A DNA stretch of 43,796 bases from a virus (taxonomy: Duplodnaviria; Caudoviricetes): positions 1 through 43,796 of IMG/VR virus record IMGVR_UViG_3300028586_000036, one strand, 5' to 3'. Positions 31,274-40,855 of the stretch are shown here, one piece after another; within the stretch, counting starts at the first letter, position 1, and each line of letters begins with the position of its first letter. The notes beneath the pieces are model-generated. The model worked only from the letters and a program-made list of their open reading frames with translations. It did no database searches and was not told the origin of the DNA. A program made the position numbers and the translations under genes.

Positions 31274-32328
31274 TACGTGAGCCCTACCGACTGATCCAAT
31301 CGGAATTCTGCATGACAGGAGCAACGGATGTTATTCCTTGCGCCGCCCGCGCTGTCGTGGGGGAACTGCATAACTGATCCGTCTTCTAGGATGAACGGAG
31401 TATTCAAGCCACGCACGGACTTTCTGTTGGCAGCGATATGAGTGGGCCGGCCGTCTTTCGATCCGCGCGCGTGCACCCAAGTTTTGATCACGTCGCTGGA
31501 ATTCAGGCCCTGCGACTCGGCCATCTGTTGCCAAGTCTCGTCTCGTGCGTTGTTCACGGCCGATGCTGTTTCCGTTTCGGCAACTGTCTCCGCGCGCTGC
31601 TGCAGCAAGGCATTCTTGTACTGTCGCTGGCTTATGACCTGCTGGGCCTCGGGCACCTCAGTGCCGGCCTTGTACGCGCTAACGATGCGCTGCGCCGTGG
31701 CCGGATTGACGCGATACCGCATAGCCAGCGTGCCGTCTTCTTTAACGATCACCAGCGACCTAACACCCTCCGGTGTACGCATGCCCTGCGTGACTGCCTG
31801 AAGCCTGTCAGCGCGCGGCTTATCAAGCCCCAGCACGCCACCCTGACGAGTTCCGCCATTCGCACGGCCCACTAGATCAATTGCAATCGTGCGCGGACCT
31901 TGCCCCAGCGCATAGCCAGCCTCGATCACGCCGCGAGCCACCTGCACCTGCTCAGTCGTGAATCCCACCACGCTACCGGCGACGTTCTCAGCAATCCACG
32001 CCTGAGCGCGAGGATTCGTCATGTTGAAGCGGATGCCCACGCCTCCGACTCCAGTAGCCTGGATCTGCGCAGCCGTCGACGCCCCAGCACGCGCATAAGC
32101 CGCAGTCATAGCCGACGAATACTCAGCCCACGCAGCAGCGCTGATATTGAGGGCGGCAATTGCGCCCTCTATGTTATAGGCGGCTAGGGCAGAGAGCAGG
32201 ACGGGCCAGTTAACGCCGGCCTGCAGATCGGTAACGCTCGCCATGAATGCGCGGCGAATCTCAGGCTCAAGCGTCTCCAATAGCTGCGCGAACAGCCTGG
32301 CCTGTGATTTCGTCACGCTGGTTGCCAT
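31273..32328 (-). CDS. Minor head (Mu gpF/SPP1 gp7-like) morphogenesis protein
   Basis: 'RAETVAETET', 'KTW.H......RPTH', 'M.FPHD.......IRCSC'. Confidence 0.85.
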   Translation of the reverse strand: MATSVTKSQARLFAQLLETLEPEIRRAFMASVTDLQAGVNWPVLLSALAAYNIEGAIAALNISAAAWAEYSSAMTAAYARAGASTAAQIQATGVGGVGIRFNMTNPRAQAWIAENVAGSVVGFTTEQVQVARGVIEAGYALGQGPRTIAIDLVGRANGGTRQGGVLGLDKPRADRLQAVTQGMRTPEGVRSLVIVKEDGTLAMRYRVNPATAQRIVSAYKAGTEVPEAQQVISQRQYKNALLQQRAETVAETETASAVNNARDETWQQMAESQGLNSSDVIKTWVHARGSKDGRPTHIAANRKSVRGLNTPFILEDGSVMQFPHDSAGGARNNIRCSCHAEFRLDQSVGLT

Positions 32329-32329
32329 G

Positions 32330-32521
32330 TCAGTCGGCAGACTTGGTATTTAGGTCAAGACCAACCCAATCGAAAGTGATCGTAGCTCGCAGGAACTCGT
32401 TTTCCCCACCCTCGATTGGCTCAATCACTATCTTGGAAATTCCCTTGATCTCAGTGCCGTCTTCTTGAAAAACGCGGGTGCCGTGGTTAAAGCCGTCACT
32501 TACGATACGAATATTTGCCAT
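32330..32521 (-). CDS. Small beta-rich hypothetical protein
   Basis: 63 aa, tightly packed in the late operon; GAGG RBS. Confidence 0.7.
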   Translation of the reverse strand: MANIRIVSDGFNHGTRVFQEDGTEIKGISKIVIEPIEGGENEFLRATITFDWVGLDLNTKSAD

Positions 32522-32522
32522 C

Positions 32523-32915
32523 TCAACCTCTGATTAGAAAACGGACCGCGCAGACAGTGCCGGCAGCTGGGATGTTGGTGACAGACAGGATATGCACCGG
32601 CTGGCCGTCGATGCTGAGCACGTCGCCAGCGGTGTACGGGCCTCTTGGCACTTCTGCAATCGCCTGTCGATCTGAGGCGACGATGACCGTACCGCCCACC
32701 TCCGTGCCGACCAACTCTTTAGCCACGCCACGAACAGCCGCGCGGATAGTCTCGCTCTCTACTGTGTCGACAGGCGGAATCCACGGCTGGTCAGGATCGA
32801 CTTCACCCTTGATCGTCCGCGTGAGCACAACGCTTCCTTGACCCATGCCCCCTTGCGAGCCAGGGCGCAACAGGCGGCGCGTCAGTGCTTGGCCACGGTC
32901 GTAGATATCGGCCAT
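32523..32915 (-). CDS. Head closure (stopper) protein
   Basis: Position; 'PW.P', 'GT.I...D', 'GD.L.IDG'. Confidence 0.75.
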   Translation of the reverse strand: MADIYDRGQALTRRLLRPGSQGGMGQGSVVLTRTIKGEVDPDQPWIPPVDTVESETIRAAVRGVAKELVGTEVGGTVIVASDRQAIAEVPRGPYTAGDVLSIDGQPVHILSVTNIPAAGTVCAVRFLIRG

Positions 32916-32916
32916 G

Positions 32917-33414
32917 TCAGATCACGAAGAAAAGGCTATTGGCGCTGCGACCCGTGCTGCAGAACCAGACTGACAACATGCCCCCAATGATTGCGTCGGC
33001 CGTGAATCCCAATCCGGTGCCGCTGGACCCAGTTTCTTGTCCTCCGAAGTATTCAACCTCAACAGCGCCTTCGACCTTTTCACGCTTGACGACTCGATTA
33101 GGGTCAGTGGTGCCAGTTGCCCAGCCAGGCTGGATAGCCTCAAGGTATGCGGCGCGATACGAGGCGAAGACCCAGGCGTCAGGTATCAGGTCATCCGGCA
33201 CCAGCTCGCCAGAAATTACGTGGCCAGTCCTTGGCCAGGCGAGAAGCTGCTGGAATCCACCCGTGCGACGGCTGCACTGCAAGCGGCCCTCATAGGCTGA
33301 ATCGACGTAATTGCTGCCGATCTGACGCAGCACAGTCGCATTGGCACCATCAGGAAGCTCAAGCCCTTGCGCTGCGAGCCATTCAATCAGCCCTGAGTCG
33401 GTTCCATACGGCAT
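32917..33414 (-). CDS. Head-tail adaptor ('DnaT-like ssDNA-binding' family)
   Basis: 'QQLLAWPR.G', 'IP', 'REKVEGAVEVEY'. Confidence 0.8.
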   Translation of the reverse strand: MPYGTDSGLIEWLAAQGLELPDGANATVLRQIGSNYVDSAYEGRLQCSRRTGGFQQLLAWPRTGHVISGELVPDDLIPDAWVFASYRAAYLEAIQPGWATGTTDPNRVVKREKVEGAVEVEYFGGQETGSSGTGLGFTADAIIGGMLSVWFCSTGRSANSLFFVI

Positions 33415-33418
33415 GTGA

Positions 33419-33757
33419 TTAAGCCTTCAGCAGCGTGTCAATTTCGGACTTAAGACGAGCCTCGCCCCAGCGCTTGTCGGCGTCTTCACCGGAGAGCGAT
33501 TTATATTCGGCGCGCAGGGTGTCGATATCGTCTTCTTCCTGCTGCTTGTCTTCCTTGGGCTGCTTTGCCTTCTCAGGCTTGCTCTCAGCGTCCAGCTGTT
33601 CAATATCGCCAGCCTTAACGTGAGCCTTGAATTTGTCTAGTTCTCGGTCTTGCAGATCGCCTGAGCCTTCCGCCATAGCGGCGAACTCCACGCGATCACC
33701 GTCCGCCCCGACGAAGAAGAAGGGGCGATTGCGGCGGTTCTTTCCTGAGACGATCAT
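33419..33757 (-). CDS. Post-capsid protein with a C-terminal HeH-like motif
   Basis: 'LRAEY..L.G..ADKRWGE.RL..EI'. Confidence 0.75.
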   Translation of the reverse strand: MIVSGKNRRNRPFFFVGADGDRVEFAAMAEGSGDLQDRELDKFKAHVKAGDIEQLDAESKPEKAKQPKEDKQQEEDDIDTLRAEYKSLSGEDADKRWGEARLKSEIDTLLKA

Positions 33758-33769
33758 TTCCTTCTCCTG

Positions 33770-33799
33770 AAGAAAGAGCCGGGTTTAGCCGGCCCTTTC
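33770..33799 (-). terminator. Hairpin/terminator after the major capsid gene
   Basis: GAAAGGGCCGG-CTAAAC-CCGGCTCTTTC-TT. Confidence 0.65.
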
Positions 33800-33803
33800 G
33801 TTC

Positions 33804-34799
33804 TTACACGGGGGCAGGCGACACACCGTCAAGGTATCGTACTGCACCATCTCGGATCATCGTCAGCTGACCGACGCGGCCAATGCCTGGAACCTGGAAT
33901 TGCAAAGGACCGTGACTCTGAACCTGCTCAAAGCGGAAGATCATCGGCATCGGCAGTTCCAGTGCATCCGGCGAGTTACGGTAGCCGACAGCGCGACCTT
34001 GACCGGCAAGCGCCGGGCTAGTCAGCGTCGCAGCATTTGCCAGCGTCGGCAGCTCGCGGATCGTCAGAGGGCGCAGGGTGCGCTGCGTATAGACGTTGTT
34101 TGCCAGGATGTACTGGTAAATCGTCATGTTCGGCGCGTTGATGCCATAAGGCGTGCCGGTGATGTACTGCAGAGCCAAGGGCGGGAGCAGAACCGTGTCA
34201 CCGAGCAGCGACGTAAGCACACCAGTAACGCTCGGCGGGCCTTGGATCAGGCCGTTTACCTCAGCCACGATTTGCTCGGGCGTCTTCAGGCCCAGACCGT
34301 TGATATCGACCCAGTTGCGCGCGCTGCCGGTACCGTTGGCAGGGGACGCGACAGGCGTAACGCCAGCCATGTTGATGAGGCCAGTCCAGCCGGGATGACC
34401 GGCACCAGTCAGCGCAGTCTGCGCGCAGAAGATATCAGCAGCCTGGCGCGCGGCGATTGCCTTGCGTGCGGTCAGCGGATAGCCAGCGTGCATCGCCTTG
34501 CCGATTTCCTCGATGTTGTAGCGGTAGCCCACTGCGTACATCGCAAAGTCGATGCCGACGTTGATCAGGCTCACGTCAGCGAGCGGCACGTCTTCTGCCC
34601 AGCCAGACTGCCACTTCGCAGCGCCGGCCATGTCGCCAATTTGGAAGTCCGCACCCGACGCCCACTCGGGGTAATCGGTATTCACCGGCACGAGCAGTTG
34701 GTAGTCAACGATGTCGTATTCGATATCGAAGGCTCGGGCCACCTGCACATGCGTTTGCGAGCGCAGGAAATTGAGCGCTTGCGCGTCATTGATTCGCAT
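33804..34799 (-). CDS. Major capsid protein (DUF2184-like HK97 fold)
   Basis: 331 aa; 'DVPLAD', 'GY.Y..EE...A', 'G......GLIN', 'LELPMPM..RF'; position. Confidence 0.9.
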   Translation of the reverse strand: MRINDAQALNFLRSQTHVQVARAFDIEYDIVDYQLLVPVNTDYPEWASGADFQIGDMAGAAKWQSGWAEDVPLADVSLINVGIDFAMYAVGYRYNIEEIGKAMHAGYPLTARKAIAARQAADIFCAQTALTGAGHPGWTGLINMAGVTPVASPANGTGSARNWVDINGLGLKTPEQIVAEVNGLIQGPPSVTGVLTSLLGDTVLLPPLALQYITGTPYGINAPNMTIYQYILANNVYTQRTLRPLTIRELPTLANAATLTSPALAGQGRAVGYRNSPDALELPMPMIFRFEQVQSHGPLQFQVPGIGRVGQLTMIRDGAVRYLDGVSPAPV

Positions 34800-34813
34800 T
34801 TTCGTACTCCTGA

Positions 34814-35311
34814 TCAGGTTGCGGCAGTCACGTTAGCCGCACCGGGCAGCACGCGAATGCGAAGGCCGACGGGTTGACCTTCGGTGGCGTTGGTGTCGAA
34901 CTCGACGGTAGGCAGCGGCAGACGGCCCGTTGCGGTAGCGCCGTGGAACTTGCGGGTTGCCGGGTCGTAGAAGGCGTTCGCGCCACGGGTCACGCTTGCG
35001 CCTGCAAGTACAAACACGGTGCCCATGTCAGCGACGCCGAACAGGTCACCGACACGGAACGTGGGTTCACCATCAGCCGTCGGTGTGCCGAGCATGTCGT
35101 TGGTGCGCAGGGCAATACCGATGAAACGGTTGCCCGTGGTCAGCGGCAATGCGCCTTCTTCGCCCGCTCCCTTCATCAGCGGAATGGCCGAAGCAAACTG
35201 GGATTCAGCAAACGCGGTTCGCGCGTTGTCTTCTTCCATGTTCGCCCAAGCGCCGACAACGCCAACAGGCATCTGGAACGGGTTTACTGCATTCGGGATG
35301 ATCGTTGCCAT
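34814..35311 (-). CDS. Capsid decoration/cement protein
   Basis: Between protease/scaffold and capsid; 'F.GI', 'G.V.V.A...V..G'. Confidence 0.8.
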   Translation of the reverse strand: MATIIPNAVNPFQMPVGVVGAWANMEEDNARTAFAESQFASAIPLMKGAGEEGALPLTTGNRFIGIALRTNDMLGTPTADGEPTFRVGDLFGVADMGTVFVLAGASVTRGANAFYDPATRKFHGATATGRLPLPTVEFDTNATEGQPVGLRIRVLPGAANVTAAT

Positions 35312-35313
35312 GC

Positions 35314-36450
35314 TCAGGCTCCTTTGTTGCGTTGCAGGCGGGCAGCGTAGCCGTTGTGAGCGACCTGCACGAGCTTGTCTGCGTCATTCAAATCGTGCAA
35401 ACCGTCAGCGACGATGCCACGGACCGGGTTGGCCGGAACGGAGTCTTTGCACGCGGCCTTGAACAGACCCATGATCACGTCAGGGTTCGCATCGGCAACC
35501 ATCGCATCGCCCCACTTGCGCGCCACAGCGGTCTTGCGAAGCTCATCCGCGCTCTTGCCGATTACCGGAATGCTGGCGTCGATGGCGTGCACTTGGGCAA
35601 CCAGAGCGGTGCGGTCAGCAACCAAAGCATCGAGGTCGACGACTGCGGCATCCTCTGCCTTCTTCAGCTTGCCTTTCAGCTCGCCGATTTCTTCGTCCTT
35701 GTCCTTCTCGACCTTGGATTTGGCGGCTTCGGCGTCAGCCAGAGCCTTGGTCATCTGCGCCTTGTACTGCTCGATGGCAGCCACGTCGGCTACAGCAACC
35801 TGGACGGCCTTATCGCCCAGGACAACAGTCTTGAGGTCCATATGGACTCCCTTCGGGTTGTTGGGCAATTCGCCCGGTTGAAAATCTTGGACGGGGCTTG
35901 CACCCCAGGAGTCACCAATTCTAGCCTCTGGGCCAGCTCTTCCGCGCGGTACGGCGGCGAGGTGATTGTAATTTATACCGATCATTTCGAAGTCGGCCAG
36001 TGTTTTATCCGCGTAAGGCACAATATCTGCACTGTAACCGGCCGACCATTCACGGTGAGTAGTCTTAACGGCAGATATGAAATCAGAATCTTTGAGCATT
36101 GGGTTAACAACCACCCACCCCTGCTCGCGCTCTACAGCGTAAGAATCGCCCACCTCCCCCTTTGCGAGCCTCGACCAATTCTCGGCGCTCAAATCCTCAC
36201 CGGGGTGATCAAGAGTCAGTGGAATGCGGGTAATGGTGCCCAATGAGGCGTCGGAGAATACCTGCTCAGGCGAGCGATACACCCGCACGATGTCATTCGG
36301 CTGGAAACCTTGCGAGGTAGCTGCGTCGCCAAGCTCGCGGGCTAGGTAAAGCTGCACGCCTGTGCGCGCGACGCGAGAGGTGGCCACCAAGTAACCCTCT
36401 TTGGTTTCTTTGAGCTGGCCCACGCCAAAGCGGTCAACAAATCGTGTCAT
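35314..36450 (-). CDS. Prohead protease-scaffold fusion (DUF2213-like)
   Basis: 'T.EGYL......ARTG.Q.Y', 'YR.PE.VF', 'P.T.DHP', 'E.SAGY', 'NHLA.V.RGRAG...RIGD', plus a coiled-coil tail. Confidence 0.92.
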   Translation of the reverse strand: MTRFVDRFGVGQLKETKEGYLVATSRVARTGVQLYLARELGDAATSQGFQPNDIVRVYRSPEQVFSDASLGTITRIPLTLDHPGEDLSAENWSRLAKGEVGDSYAVEREQGWVVVNPMLKDSDFISAVKTTHREWSAGYSADIVPYADKTLADFEMIGINYNHLAAVPRGRAGPEARIGDSWGASPVQDFQPGELPNNPKGVHMDLKTVVLGDKAVQVAVADVAAIEQYKAQMTKALADAEAAKSKVEKDKDEEIGELKGKLKKAEDAAVVDLDALVADRTALVAQVHAIDASIPVIGKSADELRKTAVARKWGDAMVADANPDVIMGLFKAACKDSVPANPVRGIVADGLHDLNDADKLVQVAHNGYAARLQRNKGA

Positions 36451-37769
36451 ACAGTCACCTCGTCACCACCAGTCAGGCCCTGCTCACGCAGCGATCCGTA
36501 TAGCTTAATTGCCTGATCCAAGCCAGGCAGAAGGCCGGACTCGTTGAGTTCGTTTACCACCGCGTCAGACAAGGCATCGAGCGGGATGATCTCACCGCCA
36601 TTGCTACCGGCGAAGTTTCTCGCGGCCGTAGATACCTTAACCATGATCTCTGCGCGCTCAGTCTCGGACAACTGACGCAGCGGACGCCACTCATAGAAAA
36701 TCTCGGCCGGGCGCTCGCCTAGGGCTTGCCATATCAGGCATTCGTCGAGCAGCGACATGGCGGGCGTGATCGTCGTGGCTTGCAGGTGGCCGATGCGGTC
36801 AAAATACACGCGTTCGTCGCCGTCGCCTGAGCCGGATAGGCCCACTGCTGCGCGGCCGTACAGGCGCGTAACCGGGATTCGGCTTGCACCTGAAACAGCG
36901 TCCATGAACTTGGTGACCACGTCAGGCAGACCAGCGAACGTGGCCGACTTCTGCTGATAGTCATCTTGCATGTCGATGACTACTGCACCGTTAATGCCCT
37001 TCATTGCGGCTTGAGCGCTCAAGCGAGCATGCACAATCGCGTCATTGCCAGTCTCAAACATCTGAGCAAGGTTGTTGAACTTGAACACGTCCACCTTTGC
37101 CTCAAACACCAAGCTAGCCATGTTCGCCATCGTGCTGTCTACCTGCTGCACAGCCTCGTAGGTCGACTGCAGGACGCTATTTCCCCATCCATTGTTTACC
37201 TGAGTCGTACCAGGCACAGGGACACCAACCATAATCACCAGCCGCGAACGATGGATCTTCACCTGGCGCGCGTTGCTGCTCAGCGTATAGACCTCTGGCA
37301 GACCGTAATACTCGCTGTCGATGTCGTTATTGATCGGCCCGGCGGATAGCTGCTCCTTGGTCAGCAGGACAAGCGACTTGATTTCGCTCGGCACGACAAG
37401 AGGCGTCGATTGATCTGCGTCGCCGGTATTCATGTAGAGGGCAGCGCCGCCATAGATCCGAGATGCCACGAGCAAGCCTTGCAGCTTGCCCATCAGCCCC
37501 CACTGCCGCTCCATTGCCTCGATCTTGATGATCTGATCCGGCTGAGCGCGCCACGCACGGCCCTTGCGCGTCGCGTCCTCGGCAGGGTAATCAACAATAG
37601 CCCCGGCAAGCCACGAATTCTCGTAAGCCTGGAGGAGCTGGTGCGCGCCGAAGATGGAAGATACGTAGTGGCTATGGGCGGCTTTGTCGCGGCCCGTGCC
37701 TAGATTGGCGACGACATTAACAAGTCCGTCCTGGACCCGCTGGACCTTACCGAAAGAGTGAGTAGCCAT
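36447..37769 (-). CDS. Portal protein (DUF1073-like)
   Basis: 'DGL.N...NLG', 'IVD.PAEDATR', 'IPVTRL.G....GL..SG.GD...Y.D.I'. Confidence 0.92.
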   Translation of the reverse strand: MATHSFGKVQRVQDGLVNVVANLGTGRDKAAHSHYVSSIFGAHQLLQAYENSWLAGAIVDYPAEDATRKGRAWRAQPDQIIKIEAMERQWGLMGKLQGLLVASRIYGGAALYMNTGDADQSTPLVVPSEIKSLVLLTKEQLSAGPINNDIDSEYYGLPEVYTLSSNARQVKIHRSRLVIMVGVPVPGTTQVNNGWGNSVLQSTYEAVQQVDSTMANMASLVFEAKVDVFKFNNLAQMFETGNDAIVHARLSAQAAMKGINGAVVIDMQDDYQQKSATFAGLPDVVTKFMDAVSGASRIPVTRLYGRAAVGLSGSGDGDERVYFDRIGHLQATTITPAMSLLDECLIWQALGERPAEIFYEWRPLRQLSETERAEIMVKVSTAARNFAGSNGGEIIPLDALSDAVVNELNESGLLPGLDQAIKLYGSLREQGLTGGDEVTV

Positions 37770-38998
37770 CAGACGAATTTAGACCAAGAGTAGCCGCCAT
37801 TGCGACGAACCAGAGGGCCGAGCGAATAGCGGATCGCGTCAATATAGTGATTGTTCGCATCCACAATGTCGGTCAGCACGTCGCCTGTCATTCGGTCCAC
37901 CTTGTAGCTATACGTCCTGAATTCGTGAATCGTCTTTGTGCAGCGAGAGTGGATCACGATCTCGGAGTAGCTGCGCAAATGCGCGATGCCATCCTGCACA
38001 GAACCACTCCACTTCTCCACCGGCTCGATTCTTGGTAAGCCTCTGCGCTTTACGTGGCTGATCGTCTCAGGCCGGGCAGAGTCGGCACGAATAACGTGTT
38101 GCTCGATTCCCGGCAAGCGAGCAATCAGGTACGGCGCAATATCGTCATTCTCAAGGCCCACCTTGCCCGCATCGTACTCGACGTAAAGGGTTTTGTCATT
38201 TATCCAGCATTTTACGCCAGTTGTCGGGTCTTGGCTGAATCCCCAGTCAATTCCGTAGTAAGGGCCGTCCCAGCCCTCTTGCGCTTCAAACTCAGAGATT
38301 CGGTATTTGCCGGACAGGACTTGCGCATCACTATTCTCGCGATACTTGCCGTCCCATATCCATGCGTAGGTCTGATCGTCCAGGCGAGCGCGGTCGTTTT
38401 GGCGCTCCTGCTCCAGCACATCCGGGAACCAAGGATTGTCGGTGTAGTTCAACTCGACGATCTTTGCGCCTTCGGGCGGCGACTTTCGGAATCTATTGTC
38501 GGTTGGGCTGCCTTCAGTCTCGCTATTCCACGTCACCCAAATTTCAGAGCCGCTTTCACGAACTGTCGGGAACAGCTTGATGTAGGCAGTCTCGGTGACA
38601 TTCTCAGCCTCGTCGATCCACGCGATCAGGATGCGAGCCTTTGACTTGATGCTGTCCAGGTTGTGACGCAGGCCGGCGAACGTGTACCAGACTAGACGAT
38701 TCTTAGTACGGATGAACCTTTCGCCAATCTCGAAGTAGGCATCAAGCCACGGAACAGAACGGATCGCCTGCTTGACTTCCTCCATAGAGGAATCCTCAAG
38801 GCTGTTCATGTACTCGCGGCCGCATAGGATCACGCCCGATACGCCCGCCTCAGCGAACATGTAGGCGCGTACCGCTGTCATCAGTGCGAATGATCGGGTC
38901 TTGGCTGAACCACGGCCGCCGAACGCCCCGCGATATCTGGCCTCGCCAGTGAATACCGGGATCAGCTTAGGGGGTAACTCTATGCTGGCTACAGTCAC
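37769..38998 (-). CDS. terL: Terminase large subunit, PBSX family
   Basis: 'GGRGSAKT', 'WIDEAE', 'NY.DNPWFP', 'GIDWGFS.DP', 'ADSARPETI', 'NH.IDAIRY'. Confidence 0.97.
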   Translation of the reverse strand: MTVASIELPPKLIPVFTGEARYRGAFGGRGSAKTRSFALMTAVRAYMFAEAGVSGVILCGREYMNSLEDSSMEEVKQAIRSVPWLDAYFEIGERFIRTKNRLVWYTFAGLRHNLDSIKSKARILIAWIDEAENVTETAYIKLFPTVRESGSEIWVTWNSETEGSPTDNRFRKSPPEGAKIVELNYTDNPWFPDVLEQERQNDRARLDDQTYAWIWDGKYRENSDAQVLSGKYRISEFEAQEGWDGPYYGIDWGFSQDPTTGVKCWINDKTLYVEYDAGKVGLENDDIAPYLIARLPGIEQHVIRADSARPETISHVKRRGLPRIEPVEKWSGSVQDGIAHLRSYSEIVIHSRCTKTIHEFRTYSYKVDRMTGDVLTDIVDANNHYIDAIRYSLGPLVRRNGGYSWSKFV

Positions 38999-39624
38999 TG
39001 CGCGATAGACGGGGCGATCAACTGGATGAGCGTAGGCTTCTGCTCAAGGCTGCCGTCAGGATTGGTCAGCTCCAGCTTGGATGGCTCAACGATTCCGTAG
39101 GCTTCTCGCTCCATCGTGATGAGAACCTTCATGGCCTCAGCAATCTTCTTAGCGCTGTCGATTCTCCCTGAAGTAGAGATGACGCGCTGAAATACCTTGC
39201 TAGCCCCATCGGAGCCATCAGCCGATACAGCGGCCTCCAATTGCTCCAGAAGGTCGCCGCTATCAGTCTGGACCTCTAGCTCTCCAAGCAGCTTCATTGC
39301 AAGACTGCGAGCACGAACGATATCTTGCCGATGGCCCAGCCGGACACTTGCGATTAGCGCCGCTCCAGCCTCGACGGTTTCCGATTCACGCGCCGCGTTA
39401 ACTCCAGCGTTAACCTGCGCCATGTTAACCAGCGCATCGGCCTTCGCTTGGATCTTAGCTTTCAAGTCACGCGGCCATGCTTCCGCCTTGGCGCGCTTCG
39501 ATACAGCGACGTGGCTGCACCCATTTGCTTCGCCTATCTCACGCAGGCTCATTATCCCAGCGCGATAGTCTCTCTCGACCTTTTCCCAGTCGATGACACT
39601 CCTTGCCTTGGGCGTATCGGTCAA
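38995..39624 (-). CDS. terS: Terminase small subunit
   Basis: N-terminal HTH 'DWE..E.DYRAG..SLREI....G.SH..V.KRAK...W.RDL'; directly before terL. Confidence 0.88.
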   Translation of the reverse strand: MTDTPKARSVIDWEKVERDYRAGIMSLREIGEANGCSHVAVSKRAKAEAWPRDLKAKIQAKADALVNMAQVNAGVNAARESETVEAGAALIASVRLGHRQDIVRARSLAMKLLGELEVQTDSGDLLEQLEAAVSADGSDGASKVFQRVISTSGRIDSAKKIAEAMKVLITMEREAYGIVEPSKLELTNPDGSLEQKPTLIQLIAPSIAQ

Positions 39625-40469
39625 GTCTGCTCCATAGCGATCAAGTCAAACGATACTGGAGCGGTCACGCCGACTGTCAGTTGCACCAGTCCGAGGATGG
39701 CGATGTTCACGGAGTCGCGCATCTGGGAGAAGGTCACGGTGATGGTGAATCCTGTAGCGGCGGTGCCTGACAGCGTGTAGCTGTGCACGAGCTTAGACGT
39801 AGTGCCACGCGCCTGGATGACCACGGCGGGAGTGCCGACGAATGTGTTAGCGCCACCTAGCGCAGCCGTGTAGACGCCGGATGCGTTGGTTACGAGATTC
39901 GACTTGGCGTACTTGACGCGCGTATCTCCATTCTTTCCTGCTGCTGGCGGGTTAGCCGTGAGGTACGCAGCCACAGCAGAGGCGACTTGCTCACTCGTGG
40001 CGTTCTTTCCCGAAGCAGGCGGATTGGCTTGCAGGTATGCAGAGACAGAAGATGCAAGCTGCTGAGGCGTGACATCCTTTCCGGCAGGCGGGGGATTCTC
40101 AGCCATATACGCCGATACCGCCGCAACTACTTGTGCGTCTGTCGCGCTCTTCCCATCTTCAGGTGGATTGCGAGAGATGTAGGCAGCCACATGCGACGCG
40201 ATCTCATCTTCTGTGACGCTATGGCCGTCTTCACCCTTGGCTGGCGGGTTCTCTTGCAGGTAAGCCTCGACAGAGCTATCTACCTGCTTATCAGTCGCAT
40301 CCTTTCCATGCGGGACTGGGTTAGCAGCCATGAATGCGGCCAGGGCAGTACGCACCTGCTCATCAGTCGGCGGCAATCCACCCTGAGGCGGATTCTCCAT
40401 CAGCACGCGGCGGACAGCGGCCTCGATAGCCTCTCTACGCATGATTGATGGGGTAATGCGGATATTCAT
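39621..40469 (-). CDS. Repeat-rich putative virion (head) fibre protein
   Basis: About seven 24-aa repeats followed by a beta-rich C-terminal domain. Confidence 0.7.
   Translation of the reverse strand: MNIRITPSIMRREAIEAAVRRVLMENPPQGGLPPTDEQVRTALAAFMAANPVPHGKDATDKQVDSSVEAYLQENPPAKGEDGHSVTEDEIASHVAAYISRNPPEDGKSATDAQVVAAVSAYMAENPPPAGKDVTPQQLASSVSAYLQANPPASGKNATSEQVASAVAAYLTANPPAAGKNGDTRVKYAKSNLVTNASGVYTAALGGANTFVGTPAVVIQARGTTSKLVHSYTLSGTAATGFTITVTFSQMRDSVNIAILGLVQLTVGVTAPVSFDLIAMEQT
39927..40436 (-). repeat. ~72-bp (24-aa) tandem repeats, consensus xxQVAxAVxAYLxxNPPxxGKxAT
   Basis: Visible in the translation of 39621..40469. Confidence 0.9.
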
Positions 40470-40819
40470 AGGTCAGTACCGTAGAAGGCGATGTTGCAGA
40501 TTGCGCCGTCGTCCTGGGCAATCATCCGCAGGTCTTCGATTTTCAGCTCGTAATACATCGACTCACCAGATGCAAGAGGCATACCAACCGTCGAAGTTGG
40601 ATCAATGCCGTCATCGCGATAGCGAATCCCGCCGCTCTCAGGCTTGATTAGCATTGACTTGGCACCGTCCGGGATATCCGGCAACTGAAACGGCACAGTG
40701 GTGCTCAGAGGCACCTGCATGTAACCCAGCGAGTAGACTGCATCATCTCCACTGACCTCCCTGACCGGGATCGGTTCTTGAAGGCCGCCCGCTCGCGTTT
40801 GAATTGGTGGGTATGGCAT
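40466..40819 (-). CDS. Small beta-sandwich virion protein (spike-base-like)
   Basis: 'IRYRDDG.DPT...GMPL..G' motif; AGGAG RBS; coupled to the repeat protein. Confidence 0.65.
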   Translation of the reverse strand: MPYPPIQTRAGGLQEPIPVREVSGDDAVYSLGYMQVPLSTTVPFQLPDIPDGAKSMLIKPESGGIRYRDDGIDPTSTVGMPLASGESMYYELKIEDLRMIAQDDGAICNIAFYGTDL

Positions 40820-40855
40820 GCGCTCGCTCCTATGGTCAGCCTGTATTACACCACA

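Noticed and set aside
36447-37769. Anti-CBASS Acb1 label sometimes attached to this family
   Set aside because: Position and motifs show a plain portal protein; no phosphoesterase HxT motifs or extra domain seen.
22469-38644. Many long plus-strand ORFs opposite structural genes (e.g. 33900..34877, 35305..36246)
   Set aside because: Antisense shadows of GC-biased coding sequence, with no RBS, coupling or motifs.
39927-40436. CRISPR-like or DGR repeats
   Set aside because: The repeats are degenerate, in-frame protein repeats with no spacers, no adenine-specific variant pair and no reverse transcriptase.
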